64,000 bases of DNA. Origin: a virus (Duplodnaviria; Caudoviricetes). Below, piece after piece: positions 46,852-56,298 of this stretch (positions are counted from its first letter, which is position 1; the number at the start of each line of letters is the position of its first letter). The position numbers and the translations under genes are program-made. The stretch spans positions 9,183 through 73,182 of the IMG/VR virus record IMGVR_UViG_3300037419_002279. One strand, written 5' to 3'. The notes under the pieces were generated by a model, which was not told where the DNA came from, made no database searches, and saw nothing but the letters and a program-made list of their open reading frames with translations.

Positions 46852-47328
46852 GTGAAGCCGATGACATTCCGCGGGCTGTTCGCACGGTTCGCGCAGGCGA
46901 CCGCCGTCGCATCGGGGCATCCGGTCACCTTCGGCCTTGCCGTCATCGTCGTCGTCGTCTGGGGCGCGACCGGGCCGATGTTCGGCTACAGCGATGGCTG
47001 GCAACTGGTGATCAACACCGGCACGACCGTGGTCACCTTCCTGATGGTGTTCCTGCTACAAGCCACACAGACCCGCGACACGGCCGCGATCCAACTGAAG
47101 CTCGACGAACTGATCCGCGCGATCGACGGGGCGCGCAACAACCTGATCGCGATCGAAAAGCGCACCGACGATCTGGCCGAACCGATCCTGCCGCCCAGCG
47201 CGTTGCCGCGTACGAATATGAAAATCCCGCCGCCACGTCCGTCGCCACCGCATCAAGGCACCAGCGCCGCGCCGCCGCTGCACGTCTACAATCAGTCCAC
47301 CAGCATCCAGCCGCCGCGGCAGCCCTAG
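46852..47328 (+). CDS. Low-affinity iron permease (Fet4-like) family small membrane protein
   Basis: WGATGPMFGYSDGWQLVINTGTTVVTFLMVFLLQATQTRD..AIQLKLDELI. Confidence 0.85.
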   Translation: MKPMTFRGLFARFAQATAVASGHPVTFGLAVIVVVVWGATGPMFGYSDGWQLVINTGTTVVTFLMVFLLQATQTRDTAAIQLKLDELIRAIDGARNNLIAIEKRTDDLAEPILPPSALPRTNMKIPPPRPSPPHQGTSAAPPLHVYNQSTSIQPPRQP

Positions 47329-47609
47329 CGCTCCCAGGACGCCCGGCCGGTCGTCAGATATTCCAGGTCGATGCCGGTGCACGCGCTGATCGCGGCCAGG
47401 ACCTGCGGCGGGGCCAGCACACAGCCGGCTTCGTAGGCATCGTAGACTGCCGGATCGACGTCGAGCATCGCGGCATATTCGGCCGCCGTCAGGTCGGTCT
47501 GCCCGGTGACCATGATGAAGGCCAGCCGCACCGCGCTTAGCCGATCAGCGAGTTCGTCCTGTTGGGCGTTCAATCCCGATCCCCTTCTGTGATGCACAGC
47601 TAGGCACAC
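47325..47609 (-). CDS. XRE-like HTH protein (start uncertain)
   Basis: LTAAEYAAMLDV..YDAYEAG...IDLEYLTTG. Confidence 0.6.
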   Translation of the reverse strand: MCLAVHHRRGSGLNAQQDELADRLSAVRLAFIMVTGQTDLTAAEYAAMLDVDPAVYDAYEAGCVLAPPQVLAAISACTGIDLEYLTTGRASWER

Positions 47610-47655
47610 GTCCGACAAATTGTCGAACCTAACGGCGCTGTTGTAGGACCCCGAC

Positions 47656-48453
47656 ATGCTTGAGTCGCCGACCGGCAAGCCGGTAACCCTCGGCGCGGCG
47701 CATCCGAACGCCGGCCTCGAAGTGCAGTACCGCCGCAAGCTGGTCCGCCTGGTCGATGAGATGAACCGGTCGATCCTCTACTGGATCCGCGTCTACTACC
47801 GCCGCGACCCGCCCGAAATCGCCCAGGACAGCCCGGCGGGCACGCTGATCAAGGCCATCCGCGGCCTCGGCCGGCGCTGGACCCGGCGCTTCAACGACAC
47901 AGCCGACGAGCTTGCCGCCTATTTCGGCACCGCGATCCGCAACCGGTCCGAGGCGGCGTTGCAGGACATCCTGCGCCGGGGCGGCTTTTCCGTCCGCTTC
48001 CGCCCGTCGGCCGCCGTCCGCGACGTCCTCGATGCGATCGTCGCCGAGAATGTCAGCCTGATCCGGTCGATCCCGGCGCAGCATTTCACCCAGATCGAGG
48101 GGATGGTGATGCGCTCGGTCCAGGCCGGGCGGGACCTGAAGCAACTGACCGACGATCTACAGGATACCTTCGGCGTCACCCGCCGCCGGGCGATCGCGAT
48201 CGCGCGAGATCAGAACAACAAGGCGACGGCGATGATCACCCGCGCCCGACAGATGGAAATCGGCGTCACCAAGGCGATCTGGCTGCACAGCCACGGCGGC
48301 AATCCGCGGCCCGAGCATCTGTCCTGGTCGGGGCAGGAATACGACGTCGCGAAGGGCATGTGGTCGAAGGTCGATCAGGCCTGGGTCTGGCCGGGGACCG
48401 CCATCAACTGCCGCTGCGTCAGCAAGTCGATCGTGCCGGGTTATTCAGCCTAG
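47656..48453 (+). CDS. Phage head morphogenesis protein (MuF/SPP1 gp7)
   Basis: IARDQNNKA, IWLHSHGG.PRPEH, PGTAINCRC. Confidence 0.9.
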   Translation: MLESPTGKPVTLGAAHPNAGLEVQYRRKLVRLVDEMNRSILYWIRVYYRRDPPEIAQDSPAGTLIKAIRGLGRRWTRRFNDTADELAAYFGTAIRNRSEAALQDILRRGGFSVRFRPSAAVRDVLDAIVAENVSLIRSIPAQHFTQIEGMVMRSVQAGRDLKQLTDDLQDTFGVTRRRAIAIARDQNNKATAMITRARQMEIGVTKAIWLHSHGGNPRPEHLSWSGQEYDVAKGMWSKVDQAWVWPGTAINCRCVSKSIVPGYSA

Positions 48454-48480
48454 CGACCATCCTGACGGCGGGAGGCGTTC

Positions 48481-48825
48481 ATGCCGGTGCCAGCAACGGA
48501 ACCCGTAATCCGGGCGGCGCTCGCCGAGATGCGCGGGCAATGCTGCGTCAACGACGCGCAGCGTGCGCTATGGGACTGGCTCGCCGACGTATCGCTCGCC
48601 TGGATGATCGACAGCGCGGAAGACGAACGACAGCAGGCTGAGATGTCCGTGCGCCGCTGGCTCGCCGACGATATGGCCTACCGCCTGTCCTATCAGCTTC
48701 CGGATCTGGCCCGCGACCTGACCGGCACCCCGGGGCACGCCGCGGCCGTCGCCGCCCTTGCTGAAGCCGACGACATCGTCGGACGGCTGCTGCTGATCAT
48801 GACCGAGGACGATCACCGGCACTGA
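48481..48825 (+). CDS. Hypothetical protein
   Basis: GGAGG RBS. Confidence 0.6.
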   Translation: MPVPATEPVIRAALAEMRGQCCVNDAQRALWDWLADVSLAWMIDSAEDERQQAEMSVRRWLADDMAYRLSYQLPDLARDLTGTPGHAAAVAALAEADDIVGRLLLIMTEDDHRH

Positions 48826-49060
48826 CGGCGGTCGCAGCAGCAAACAATTCCCCGCCCGGGTCGGCGGTGAATTGCTGCGCCATCAACCGCAAGCCGTGCG
48901 CGTGCGCATTGTTGTCATTAATCCAGGCCGTCAGCCGCTCGATCTCGCGCCTATCCGTTGCCTCTGACCGGGACCGCTCGACTGACGCGGTCTGCAAGTC
49001 ATAGCGCCGCGCTGCTGCCTCAAGGCCGGCGCGCACCCCCGCAATGAAGTCCGGTGACAT
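48797..49060 (-). CDS. Hypothetical protein
   Basis: 87 aa ORF. Confidence 0.45.
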   Translation of the reverse strand: MSPDFIAGVRAGLEAAARRYDLQTASVERSRSEATDRREIERLTAWINDNNAHAHGLRLMAQQFTADPGGELFAAATAVSAGDRPRS

Positions 49061-49073
49061 CGGTACCTGCCCG

Positions 49074-49400
49074 TCAGTTCGGCATCCCGCGCTTGAGGAA
49101 GCGATCCCGGAACGACGACGGCGTATCCGGTCGGCTGATCCACATCATGATCGCCCCGGCGGTAATCACGACGTCATCAACCGCAACCTCCCTCGGTTTC
49201 CTGCCGACGACCGCCGCCGCGGACAGCAGTCGCCCGCTTTGCAACTCGGGCAGGATCTCATGCCAGCCGTACCCGAACTGATTCAGAAAGTCCGGTAGCC
49301 GCCAAAAGACGCTGTTGGGGTCCTCAGTTAAGCGCCGCGCTGCCTCGGCTGGGGCCAGTCGCTTAGGGCCGCGCCGATCCGCGCGCCGATCCTTTTTCAT
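49074..49400 (-). CDS. Hypothetical protein
   Basis: AGGAG RBS, MKKDRR... Confidence 0.5.
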   Translation of the reverse strand: MKKDRRADRRGPKRLAPAEAARRLTEDPNSVFWRLPDFLNQFGYGWHEILPELQSGRLLSAAAVVGRKPREVAVDDVVITAGAIMMWISRPDTPSSFRDRFLKRGMPN

Positions 49401-49421
49401 ATCCGTGCTCCTGGGGGTGAA

Positions 49422-51206
49422 ATGCCCATCCGATCGTGCACCTTGCCCGACGGCGGCAAGGGCTACAAATGGGGCGATTCCGGAAAATGCTACCGGAATC
49501 GTAAAGACGCCGAACGCCAGGCCTCTGCCGCCTATGCGAACGGCTACGCCGGCGACGAAGCGCTGATCCCGCCCGGCATGCGGGCGGTGATGCCGCAGGA
49601 CCTGATCGTCATGGATCGGCGCCCGTCCGCGCGCCTGATCACCGCCGACGGTCACCTGCGCGTCGCCGGATCGGCTGTCAGCAAGTCGAACGTATGCCCC
49701 TACCTCGGCGCCGAAATACCCGGCTGGCAGCAGTTGGGGCTCGATGCCGGGCGCATCTACCGCCTGTATCGCGACCCGAAGGCGCTAGCCGCCGCGGCCG
49801 ACAGCCTGAACGGCAAGCCGCTCTTGGTCGTGCACCGCCCGCTGACCGCGCAGGATCACGATCACCGTGTCGTCGTCGGCGCCCTCGATAATGCGCACTG
49901 GCAGGCCCCCTATCTGCGCGCCGACCTGACCGTCTGGACGCAGGATGCGATCGATCTGATCGAAAGCGGCGAGCAGCGACAACTGTCGTGCGCCTATCGC
50001 TACACGCCGGTCATGCGTCACGGCGTGACCGCCGACGGCGAGCCCTACGACGGCTACATGGCCGACATCCACTTCAACCATTGCGCGCTTGTTTCGACCG
50101 GCCGGGCCGGGGCGGACGTGATGGTCGGAGACTCCCTCACAAAAGGACTGCTGAGAATGGCAACAGGACAGGCGTCCGCCCGGCTATCGCGCAAAGCGGT
50201 AATGGTTGCCGGTGCGGTGCAGGCTTACATCCACCCGAAGCTAGCGACCGATCAGAAGCCGGATCTGCGTCGCGCGCTGCTCGGCACGACAGCGGCGAAT
50301 TACACCGCGCGCAAGCCGGTGCTGGCGGCGCGGCTGCACCGCGCGCTGTCCGGCAAGCTGGCGAAGGACGCCAGCCTGGCCGAGATCGTCGCCCTGCTCG
50401 ATCGTCTCGAAGGTGACGATACCGCCGTCGGGACGCAGCCCGATCCTGATCCCGACGACGACGGTGACGTCGACGTCGATCTTGATGCCGATGACGACGA
50501 CGGCGCGCGCACCGATCCGCCGCCCGATGATGACGCATCCGACGTCACCCCGGCCGGATCGGACATCCCGCCCGAGGTCGCCGAAGCGGCGGCCGAAAAT
50601 ATCGACCCTGACATCGAAAATCCCGACGCGGGCGACATGCCCCCGCCGGAAGAAGTGCCGGACAGCGACGACGTTACTGCGCCGCCGCCTGATGCCGGAC
50701 CGGCTGGGGAAGTCACCGACAAAGTCCTGACTTTCCTGAATGACCTGATCCGCCCGGAGGACCTGGCAATCGTGACACATCTTCTGAAGCCGAACGGCTC
50801 CGGGTCTGACCCCGAGCCGAAGTCCAAGCTGACCGTCGACAAGCCTGCGTTCGTGACGAAACAGGCGATGGACGCCGCGATTAAGGCGGCGACGAAAGCC
50901 ACTGAGCAGGCAACGATCGCCCGGCTGCGGGCGGTATCGGATGCAAGGGCTTTCATTCGCCCCTGGGTGGGCGAACTGAACATCGCCCAGGACAGCGCCG
51001 AGGGCGTGCTGCGCGCCGCCCTCGAACACCTCGGTGTCGACGTCAAAGACGTCCATCCGTCGGCCTACAAGGCAATCCTGTCGGCGCAGCCCCGCCCCGG
51101 CGAACGGCAGCGCGGCGCCCCGCGCGCGCTCGCGCATGCCGCCGACGCAAAGCCGCTGTCGTTCGAGGAACGATTCCCGCACGCGAACCGGCTACGGGCC
51201 GGCTGA
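49422..51206 (+). CDS. DUF2213-type prohead maturation/scaffold protein
   Basis: SKSNVCPYLGAEIP, QLSCAYRY, NHCALVSTGRAGADV; acidic scaffold region. Confidence 0.85.
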   Translation: MPIRSCTLPDGGKGYKWGDSGKCYRNRKDAERQASAAYANGYAGDEALIPPGMRAVMPQDLIVMDRRPSARLITADGHLRVAGSAVSKSNVCPYLGAEIPGWQQLGLDAGRIYRLYRDPKALAAAADSLNGKPLLVVHRPLTAQDHDHRVVVGALDNAHWQAPYLRADLTVWTQDAIDLIESGEQRQLSCAYRYTPVMRHGVTADGEPYDGYMADIHFNHCALVSTGRAGADVMVGDSLTKGLLRMATGQASARLSRKAVMVAGAVQAYIHPKLATDQKPDLRRALLGTTAANYTARKPVLAARLHRALSGKLAKDASLAEIVALLDRLEGDDTAVGTQPDPDPDDDGDVDVDLDADDDDGARTDPPPDDDASDVTPAGSDIPPEVAEAAAENIDPDIENPDAGDMPPPEEVPDSDDVTAPPPDAGPAGEVTDKVLTFLNDLIRPEDLAIVTHLLKPNGSGSDPEPKSKLTVDKPAFVTKQAMDAAIKAATKATEQATIARLRAVSDARAFIRPWVGELNIAQDSAEGVLRAALEHLGVDVKDVHPSAYKAILSAQPRPGERQRGAPRALAHAADAKPLSFEERFPHANRLRAG

Positions 51207-51219
51207 AAGGGGCGCAGAC

Positions 51220-51720
51220 ATGACCTTTCAAACCGCAATCAACGTCCAGCAGGCCCCTGCCGTCGCCGGCGACTTCGCATCCGCGAACCCGCGCAACAGC
51301 ATGATCAGCCGCCCCGGCGGCTTCGTCGCCGGCACCAACGGCGTCACTGTCGGTCTGTTCGTCTGGCAGGACACCAGCACCGGCACGATCCTGGCAAACA
51401 CCGGCACCGGTGCGCCGAACGGCTTCATGCATCGCGAAATGAACGCGACGAACTACACCTATCTGTCGAACGGCACGATGCTGATCCCGGCCAATCAGGG
51501 CATCGGCGGCATGTTCGATGCCGGTGACTTCTGGTGCAAGAACGCCGGCGCCGGATCGGTGACCGTCGGGCAGAAGGCGTTCGCCAACAACACCAACGGC
51601 ACGATCAGTTTCGCCAACACCGGCGCGACGGTTTCCGGTTCGACCGAAACGAAATGGTACGCGCGGTCCGCCGGCGCCACGGGCGAACTGATCATCATCT
51701 CTACCACCTCGCCGACCTGA
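51220..51720 (+). CDS. Head decoration/minor capsid protein
   Basis: FQTAINVQQAPAVAGDFASANP; lies between prohead protein and MCP. Confidence 0.7.
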   Translation: MTFQTAINVQQAPAVAGDFASANPRNSMISRPGGFVAGTNGVTVGLFVWQDTSTGTILANTGTGAPNGFMHREMNATNYTYLSNGTMLIPANQGIGGMFDAGDFWCKNAGAGSVTVGQKAFANNTNGTISFANTGATVSGSTETKWYARSAGATGELIIISTTSPT

Positions 51721-51737
51721 AGCCGGGAGCATCAGCA

Positions 51738-52796
51738 ATGTATCGTAGTAGCGTTTTCGAGGCTGATGCCGCGCGGCTGGAAGCCGAGTGGGGCATCGTC
51801 ATGCCGTTCGCGCAGGACTGGCTACCGCGCGAATTCCGCAACAACTGGCAGATGGCCGTCGACGCGCAGCCGACGCTTGTCACGACGCCGAATGCCGGCG
51901 TGCCGGCGTTCTTCACCCAGCTTGTCGATCCTGACGTCGTGCGCGTCCTTCAGACGCCCAACAAGGGCGCCGAGATCCTCGGCGAACAGAAAAAGGGCAC
52001 CTGGACGGACATGACGCTGTTCATCCCGGTCGTCGAAAACACCGGCGAGGTGTCGTCCTACGGCGACTGGAACAACAACGGCCGCTCGGACGTCAACGAG
52101 TCCTGGGAACAGCGGCAGGCATATAACTTCCAGACGATCATCGAATACGGCGATCTGGAAGTCGATCGCGCCGCGGCCGCGAAGCTTCAGCTTGTCAGCG
52201 AGAAGCAGACTTCGGCGGCGAAGACCCTCGATAAATTCCTGGACTACTGCTACCATTTCGGGGTCGCAAGCCTTCAGAATTATGGCATCCTGAATGACCC
52301 GTCGCTGCCGGCGGCGATCACGCCGACGACGAAGGCGGCCGGCGGCGTCCGCTGGGTGACGACAGGCGGCGTCGTCAATGCACAGGCGGCGGAAATCTAT
52401 TCCGACTTCCTGCTGCTGTTTAACCAGCTTGCCAGCGCGTCCGGCGGCTACATCACCGCCGAGTCCCGGATGAAGCTCGTCACCCCGAACAACGTCGCCT
52501 CGGCGCTGGCCGTGGTGAACAGCTTCGGCATCACGATCAAGGCGTTCATCAAGGAAAGCTTCCCGAACGTCGAGTATGTGACCGATCCGCGCTATGCGAC
52601 CGGGTCCGGCAACGTTGTGCAGTTGATCGCGATGGAATTCGACGGCAACGACACCGGCTACTGCGCCTTCAACGAAAAGAGCCGCGATCACCAGGTCGTC
52701 AGGCAATTGTCGGCGTATGCGCAGAAGCGCAGCGCGGGCACCTGGGGCGCGATCATCCGCTATCCGCTGGCCTTCGCCCAACTGATCGGGGTTTGA
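51738..52796 (+). CDS. Major capsid protein (DUF2184-type)
   Basis: AVDAQPTLVTTPNAGVP, YGILNDPSL, GTWGAIIRYP. Confidence 0.9.
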   Translation: MYRSSVFEADAARLEAEWGIVMPFAQDWLPREFRNNWQMAVDAQPTLVTTPNAGVPAFFTQLVDPDVVRVLQTPNKGAEILGEQKKGTWTDMTLFIPVVENTGEVSSYGDWNNNGRSDVNESWEQRQAYNFQTIIEYGDLEVDRAAAAKLQLVSEKQTSAAKTLDKFLDYCYHFGVASLQNYGILNDPSLPAAITPTTKAAGGVRWVTTGGVVNAQAAEIYSDFLLLFNQLASASGGYITAESRMKLVTPNNVASALAVVNSFGITIKAFIKESFPNVEYVTDPRYATGSGNVVQLIAMEFDGNDTGYCAFNEKSRDHQVVRQLSAYAQKRSAGTWGAIIRYPLAFAQLIGV

Positions 52797-52801
52797 AACG
52801 G

Positions 52802-53230
52802 ATGGCCGGAACGCTGACGGTCGCCTGCAAGCTTCCTTGCGGCTACATCATGGAAGTCTGGGGCATGGAAGAACGCCAGGAAGAAATCCTGGGCGGCGGT
52901 TTCCGCGTCGTCAAGCGCGCGGTCAGCCTCGGCCGGCGCGTCAAGATCAACGGGGCCGCCCGCAAGGTCGGCCGCGACGCGCCGCACGAAATCCGCAACG
53001 GCGTCGGCCTGACGCACGGCGTGGATGCCGACTTCTTCCAGGCGTGGCTCGATCAGCACAAAGACGACGATCTGGTCAAAAACGGCGTCATCTTCGCCGC
53101 GGCGAAGTCGATCGACGTCGAAGCGCAAGCCAAGGATCGCAGCACCCAGCGATCCGGCTTCGAGCCCGTCGATCCGAACAACCTGCCGGGCGAATTCCGC
53201 CGCAGCGTCGAGCCGCTGCCGCAAGCATAG
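52802..53230 (+). CDS. Head-associated hypothetical protein
   Basis: TVACKLPCG, GVGLTHGVDADFFQAWL. Confidence 0.7.
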   Translation: MAGTLTVACKLPCGYIMEVWGMEERQEEILGGGFRVVKRAVSLGRRVKINGAARKVGRDAPHEIRNGVGLTHGVDADFFQAWLDQHKDDDLVKNGVIFAAAKSIDVEAQAKDRSTQRSGFEPVDPNNLPGEFRRSVEPLPQA

Positions 53231-53241
53231 GAGAGTGGAAC

Positions 53242-53853
53242 ATGGCTGACGAAGACCTCATCCGGGTCGCTTCTGCGTCGCCGCTGAACCTGGCGATCCA
53301 GGACCTGCCCGAAGACGAAGAAAAGCCCGGCGCCTCGCCGCCGCCGCGCGTCGTGCAGATCAACGGCAACCGCCATCCGCTTGCCGTCAACGGCCTCGGC
53401 ATCACCGAAGGCGTGCCGCGCGGCATGTTCGAAGCCTGGCTCGACAAGCACCAGCACCTGCGGAACCTGATGTGGCCCCTGGACGATCAGAAGTTCGAGG
53501 AACACCAGAAGGCGCAGGTGCAGTTCGGCACCGACGTCGGCCTGCCCGAGCATGAGAAGGCCGGGGAAGGTAGCCTGATCACCGGGCCGGTGGTCACCGC
53601 TGAAGATATGGCCGCGGTATCGACGACGCCGAACGATGACAGCCCGCGCAGTCAGGTGACCGTCGGCGTCGGCCTGCCGGGCATGATCCCGGTCACGCCG
53701 GCCGTTCAGCCGGGCGTGGGCGGCATCCCGACGCCGGCCCGCGAAACCGGTGCGCCGACGCCGGCGCCCGACGTGACCCCGTCCCAGGCGCCGATGCAGC
53801 CCGACGACGACAGCCCGAAGTCCGGCCGGCGCAAGGGGTCATCCGATACCTGA
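53242..53853 (+). CDS. Paralog of the preceding gene
   Basis: GLGITEGVPRGMFEAWL. Confidence 0.65.
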   Translation: MADEDLIRVASASPLNLAIQDLPEDEEKPGASPPPRVVQINGNRHPLAVNGLGITEGVPRGMFEAWLDKHQHLRNLMWPLDDQKFEEHQKAQVQFGTDVGLPEHEKAGEGSLITGPVVTAEDMAAVSTTPNDDSPRSQVTVGVGLPGMIPVTPAVQPGVGGIPTPARETGAPTPAPDVTPSQAPMQPDDDSPKSGRRKGSSDT

Positions 53854-54056
53854 TGGCGCGGTATCGGAACCTGACCAATCAGGTCCGCGTCGAGCAGCGC
53901 GGCCGCGAGGTGCACCTGATCGTGCTGGGCGACAGCAACGAACAGGCCGAAAGTCTCTGCGAAGACATCGCGGTCAAGCTGCGCACCGGCGCCTGCACCA
54001 TCACCATCGCCTGCGATCCTGCCGTGGGGGTGACCGATGCCGTCGGCCGTTTTTGA
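53853..54056 (+). CDS. Hypothetical protein
   Basis: TGATG-coupled ORF. Confidence 0.6.
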   Translation: MARYRNLTNQVRVEQRGREVHLIVLGDSNEQAESLCEDIAVKLRTGACTITIACDPAVGVTDAVGRF

Positions 54057-54492
54057 TTACTATGCCTGGATCACACGCTATCCCGAGTTCGGCGATAGCG
54101 TGCCCCCGGGGCTGGCCGCGGCCTACTTCGATGAGGCCACGGCCTACCTCGACAACACCGATTGCAGCCCGGTTGCGGATCTGACCAAGCGGCTGCGGCT
54201 GCTGAACATGATCACGGCCCATATCGCCGCGCTGAATGCGCCGGGATCGTCGCCGCTGGTCGGGCGGATCAGCAACGCGTCCGAAGGATCCGTCAGTGTC
54301 AGCGCCGACCTGACGGGCACCCCGGCCGCGGCGGCCTGGTGGATGCAGACCAAGTACGGGGCGGCGGCGTGGGAGGCCATGAAGGGCCTGCGGACGTTCC
54401 GCTACTTCCCGGGGCGGCAGCCGATCTTCGACGTGCCGGGCCGACCGAGCCTGGTCGGCGTCGGCTGGCCGGGGTGGCCGTGGCGACCGTAA
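54037..54492 (+). CDS. Head-tail adaptor (DUF4054-like)
   Basis: RYPEF, MITAHIAAL, GRISNASEGSVSV, QTKYGA. Confidence 0.85.
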   Translation: MPSAVFDYYAWITRYPEFGDSVPPGLAAAYFDEATAYLDNTDCSPVADLTKRLRLLNMITAHIAALNAPGSSPLVGRISNASEGSVSVSADLTGTPAAAAWWMQTKYGAAAWEAMKGLRTFRYFPGRQPIFDVPGRPSLVGVGWPGWPWRP

Positions 54493-55040
54493 CCGGCGGC
54501 AGCTTGATGCGGCGCGCGCTGAACCGGATCAGCGCGCAGCTTCTCGGCACGCCGACCCTGCGCGTCGGCTTCCTCGAAAACGCCCAGTACCCGGACGGGA
54601 CAAAGGTCGCCCTTGTCGCTGCTATCCAGGAATTCGGTGCGCCGAATGCGCGGTTTCCGATCCCGGCCCGGCCGTTCTTCCGCACCATGGTCGCCCAGCA
54701 CCAGCGCGACTGGCTGCCCGGCCTGGCCGGCATCCTTCAGCACAACGGCTTCAAGGTGATGCCGGCGCTGACCGGCCTCGGGCAGGTGATGGAAGGGCAG
54801 CTTCGGCAGTCGATTGTCGATCTGGTTGACCCGCCGCTGTCCGAAACAACCCTGATGCTGCGGCGGATGCGGATGGACGATCCGAACCTGAAGGTGAACT
54901 ACACGGTCGTGCGGATGGCGCAGGCGCGCGTCGCGGCCCGCTATCCTTACTTCGGCGTCAGCACGAAGCCGCTGATCGATGTCGGCCCGACGGCGGGGCA
55001 CATGCTGCAATCGATCGATTCCGAGGTGACGCGGACATGA
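54480..55040 (+). CDS. Neck/tail completion protein
   Basis: VGFLE...AAIQEFG...IPARPFFR...KPLID. Confidence 0.8.
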   Translation: MATVTGGSLMRRALNRISAQLLGTPTLRVGFLENAQYPDGTKVALVAAIQEFGAPNARFPIPARPFFRTMVAQHQRDWLPGLAGILQHNGFKVMPALTGLGQVMEGQLRQSIVDLVDPPLSETTLMLRRMRMDDPNLKVNYTVVRMAQARVAARYPYFGVSTKPLIDVGPTAGHMLQSIDSEVTRT

Positions 55041-55402
55041 ATCTGCACGGCATCGTCGGTCCCCTGATCGGCGTCGTGAACCCGCCGAAGCAGATCACCA
55101 TCCAGCAGGCGACCGGCTACACGACGAACCCGGACGGGCGGCAGGTACCGACCTACGGGGCGCCGGTCACCGTGTTAGGGCAGTTCCAGGACCTGTCCTC
55201 GAAGGACCTCCAACAGATCGCCGGGCTGAACATCCAGGGCCAGACCGCGAAGGTCTACCTGCCGGGATCCTGGCAGGGCGTCGTGCGCGCCGATCGCCGC
55301 GGCGGCGATCTGCTGACGATCGACGGCCATACCTGGCTGGTCGTGCAGGTCGCCGAAAGCTGGCCCGACTGGTGCGCCGTCATCGTCAATAAGCAGAACT
55401 AG
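55037..55402 (+). CDS. Head closure/neck protein
   Basis: MNLHGIV, WLVVQVAESWPDW. Confidence 0.8.
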   Translation: MNLHGIVGPLIGVVNPPKQITIQQATGYTTNPDGRQVPTYGAPVTVLGQFQDLSSKDLQQIAGLNIQGQTAKVYLPGSWQGVVRADRRGGDLLTIDGHTWLVVQVAESWPDWCAVIVNKQN

Positions 55403-55412
55403 GGCGCCCGAG

Positions 55413-55528
55413 GGAATTCGCGGACACCGGCGGGAAATCCGCGGGCATCCGCCGGCGTTTCGCGGACTTCGGTGGAATTCGCGGACTCCAGCGGGGAATT
55501 CGCGGACTTCGGCGGGGAATTCGCGGAC
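55413..55528 (+). repeat. Intergenic ~21-bp tandem repeat, core GGAATTCGCGGAC
   Basis: Exact cores at 55413, 55474, 55495 and 55516; two degenerate units in between. Confidence 0.85.
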
Positions 55529-55545
55529 ATCCAGAAGGAGCCGCC

Positions 55546-56082
55546 ATGCCCGGTGCGACGATCGACCTGACCGAGACGATCATCCTCGGCGCGCTGCGGC
55601 TGGTGCTGCTGACCTTGTTCCCGGCGCTCGAGATCGTCCGCGGCGAGATCAACCGCGTGCCCGAGCCGCCCGGGGACGACTTCATCGTCATGACGCCGAT
55701 GATGCGCACCCGCCTCGGCACGACGATGTCGACCTGGCACGACGGCTTCTTCGACACCCCGCAGGTCCCCGGCACGCGGATGGAAACCGAACCGACGCAG
55801 ATCACCGTCCAGCTTGACGTGCACGGCCCGGCGTCGGCCGACAATGTGCAGATCATCAGCACGCTGTGCCGGTCCGAAGCGATGACCGCGGCCTTCGATC
55901 AGACCGGGCTCGCGCTGCAAATCCTCTATGCGTCCGATCCGCGGCAGACGCCGTTCATCAACGCCGAACAGCAGATCGAATTCCGCTGGTCGATCGATGC
56001 CGTGTTGCAAGCCAATCCTGTCGTCACCTTGCCGCAGGATTTCGCCGCGACCCTGACGCCGACGCTGATCGACTACATCTGA
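55546..56082 (+). CDS. Tail terminator-like protein
   Basis: AAGGAG RBS; VQLDVHG, PLY-like ILYASDP, RWSIDAVLQ. Confidence 0.75.
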   Translation: MPGATIDLTETIILGALRLVLLTLFPALEIVRGEINRVPEPPGDDFIVMTPMMRTRLGTTMSTWHDGFFDTPQVPGTRMETEPTQITVQLDVHGPASADNVQIISTLCRSEAMTAAFDQTGLALQILYASDPRQTPFINAEQQIEFRWSIDAVLQANPVVTLPQDFAATLTPTLIDYI

Positions 56083-56298
56083 CGTCAGGCTTCGTGCACG
56101 ACGATGCTGGCGCGGCGAACGCGCACCCGCGGCCGTTGGGCGGGGGCGACCTTTTGCAGCACGTCCGGCTTCGTCCGCGACACCGTCCACCATAGCGGTC
56201 CGCCATCGGTGACCGCGACCAGCAGGTCATCGGCCTGCGGTTGCGGCTGATCCCCTTCGTCTTCGCCACTGCCCAACCGGTAACCCGGAGGTTGCTGC

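Noticed and set aside
55413-55528. 21-bp repeats as a mini-CRISPR
   Set aside because: Only about 8 nt between cores; no spacers
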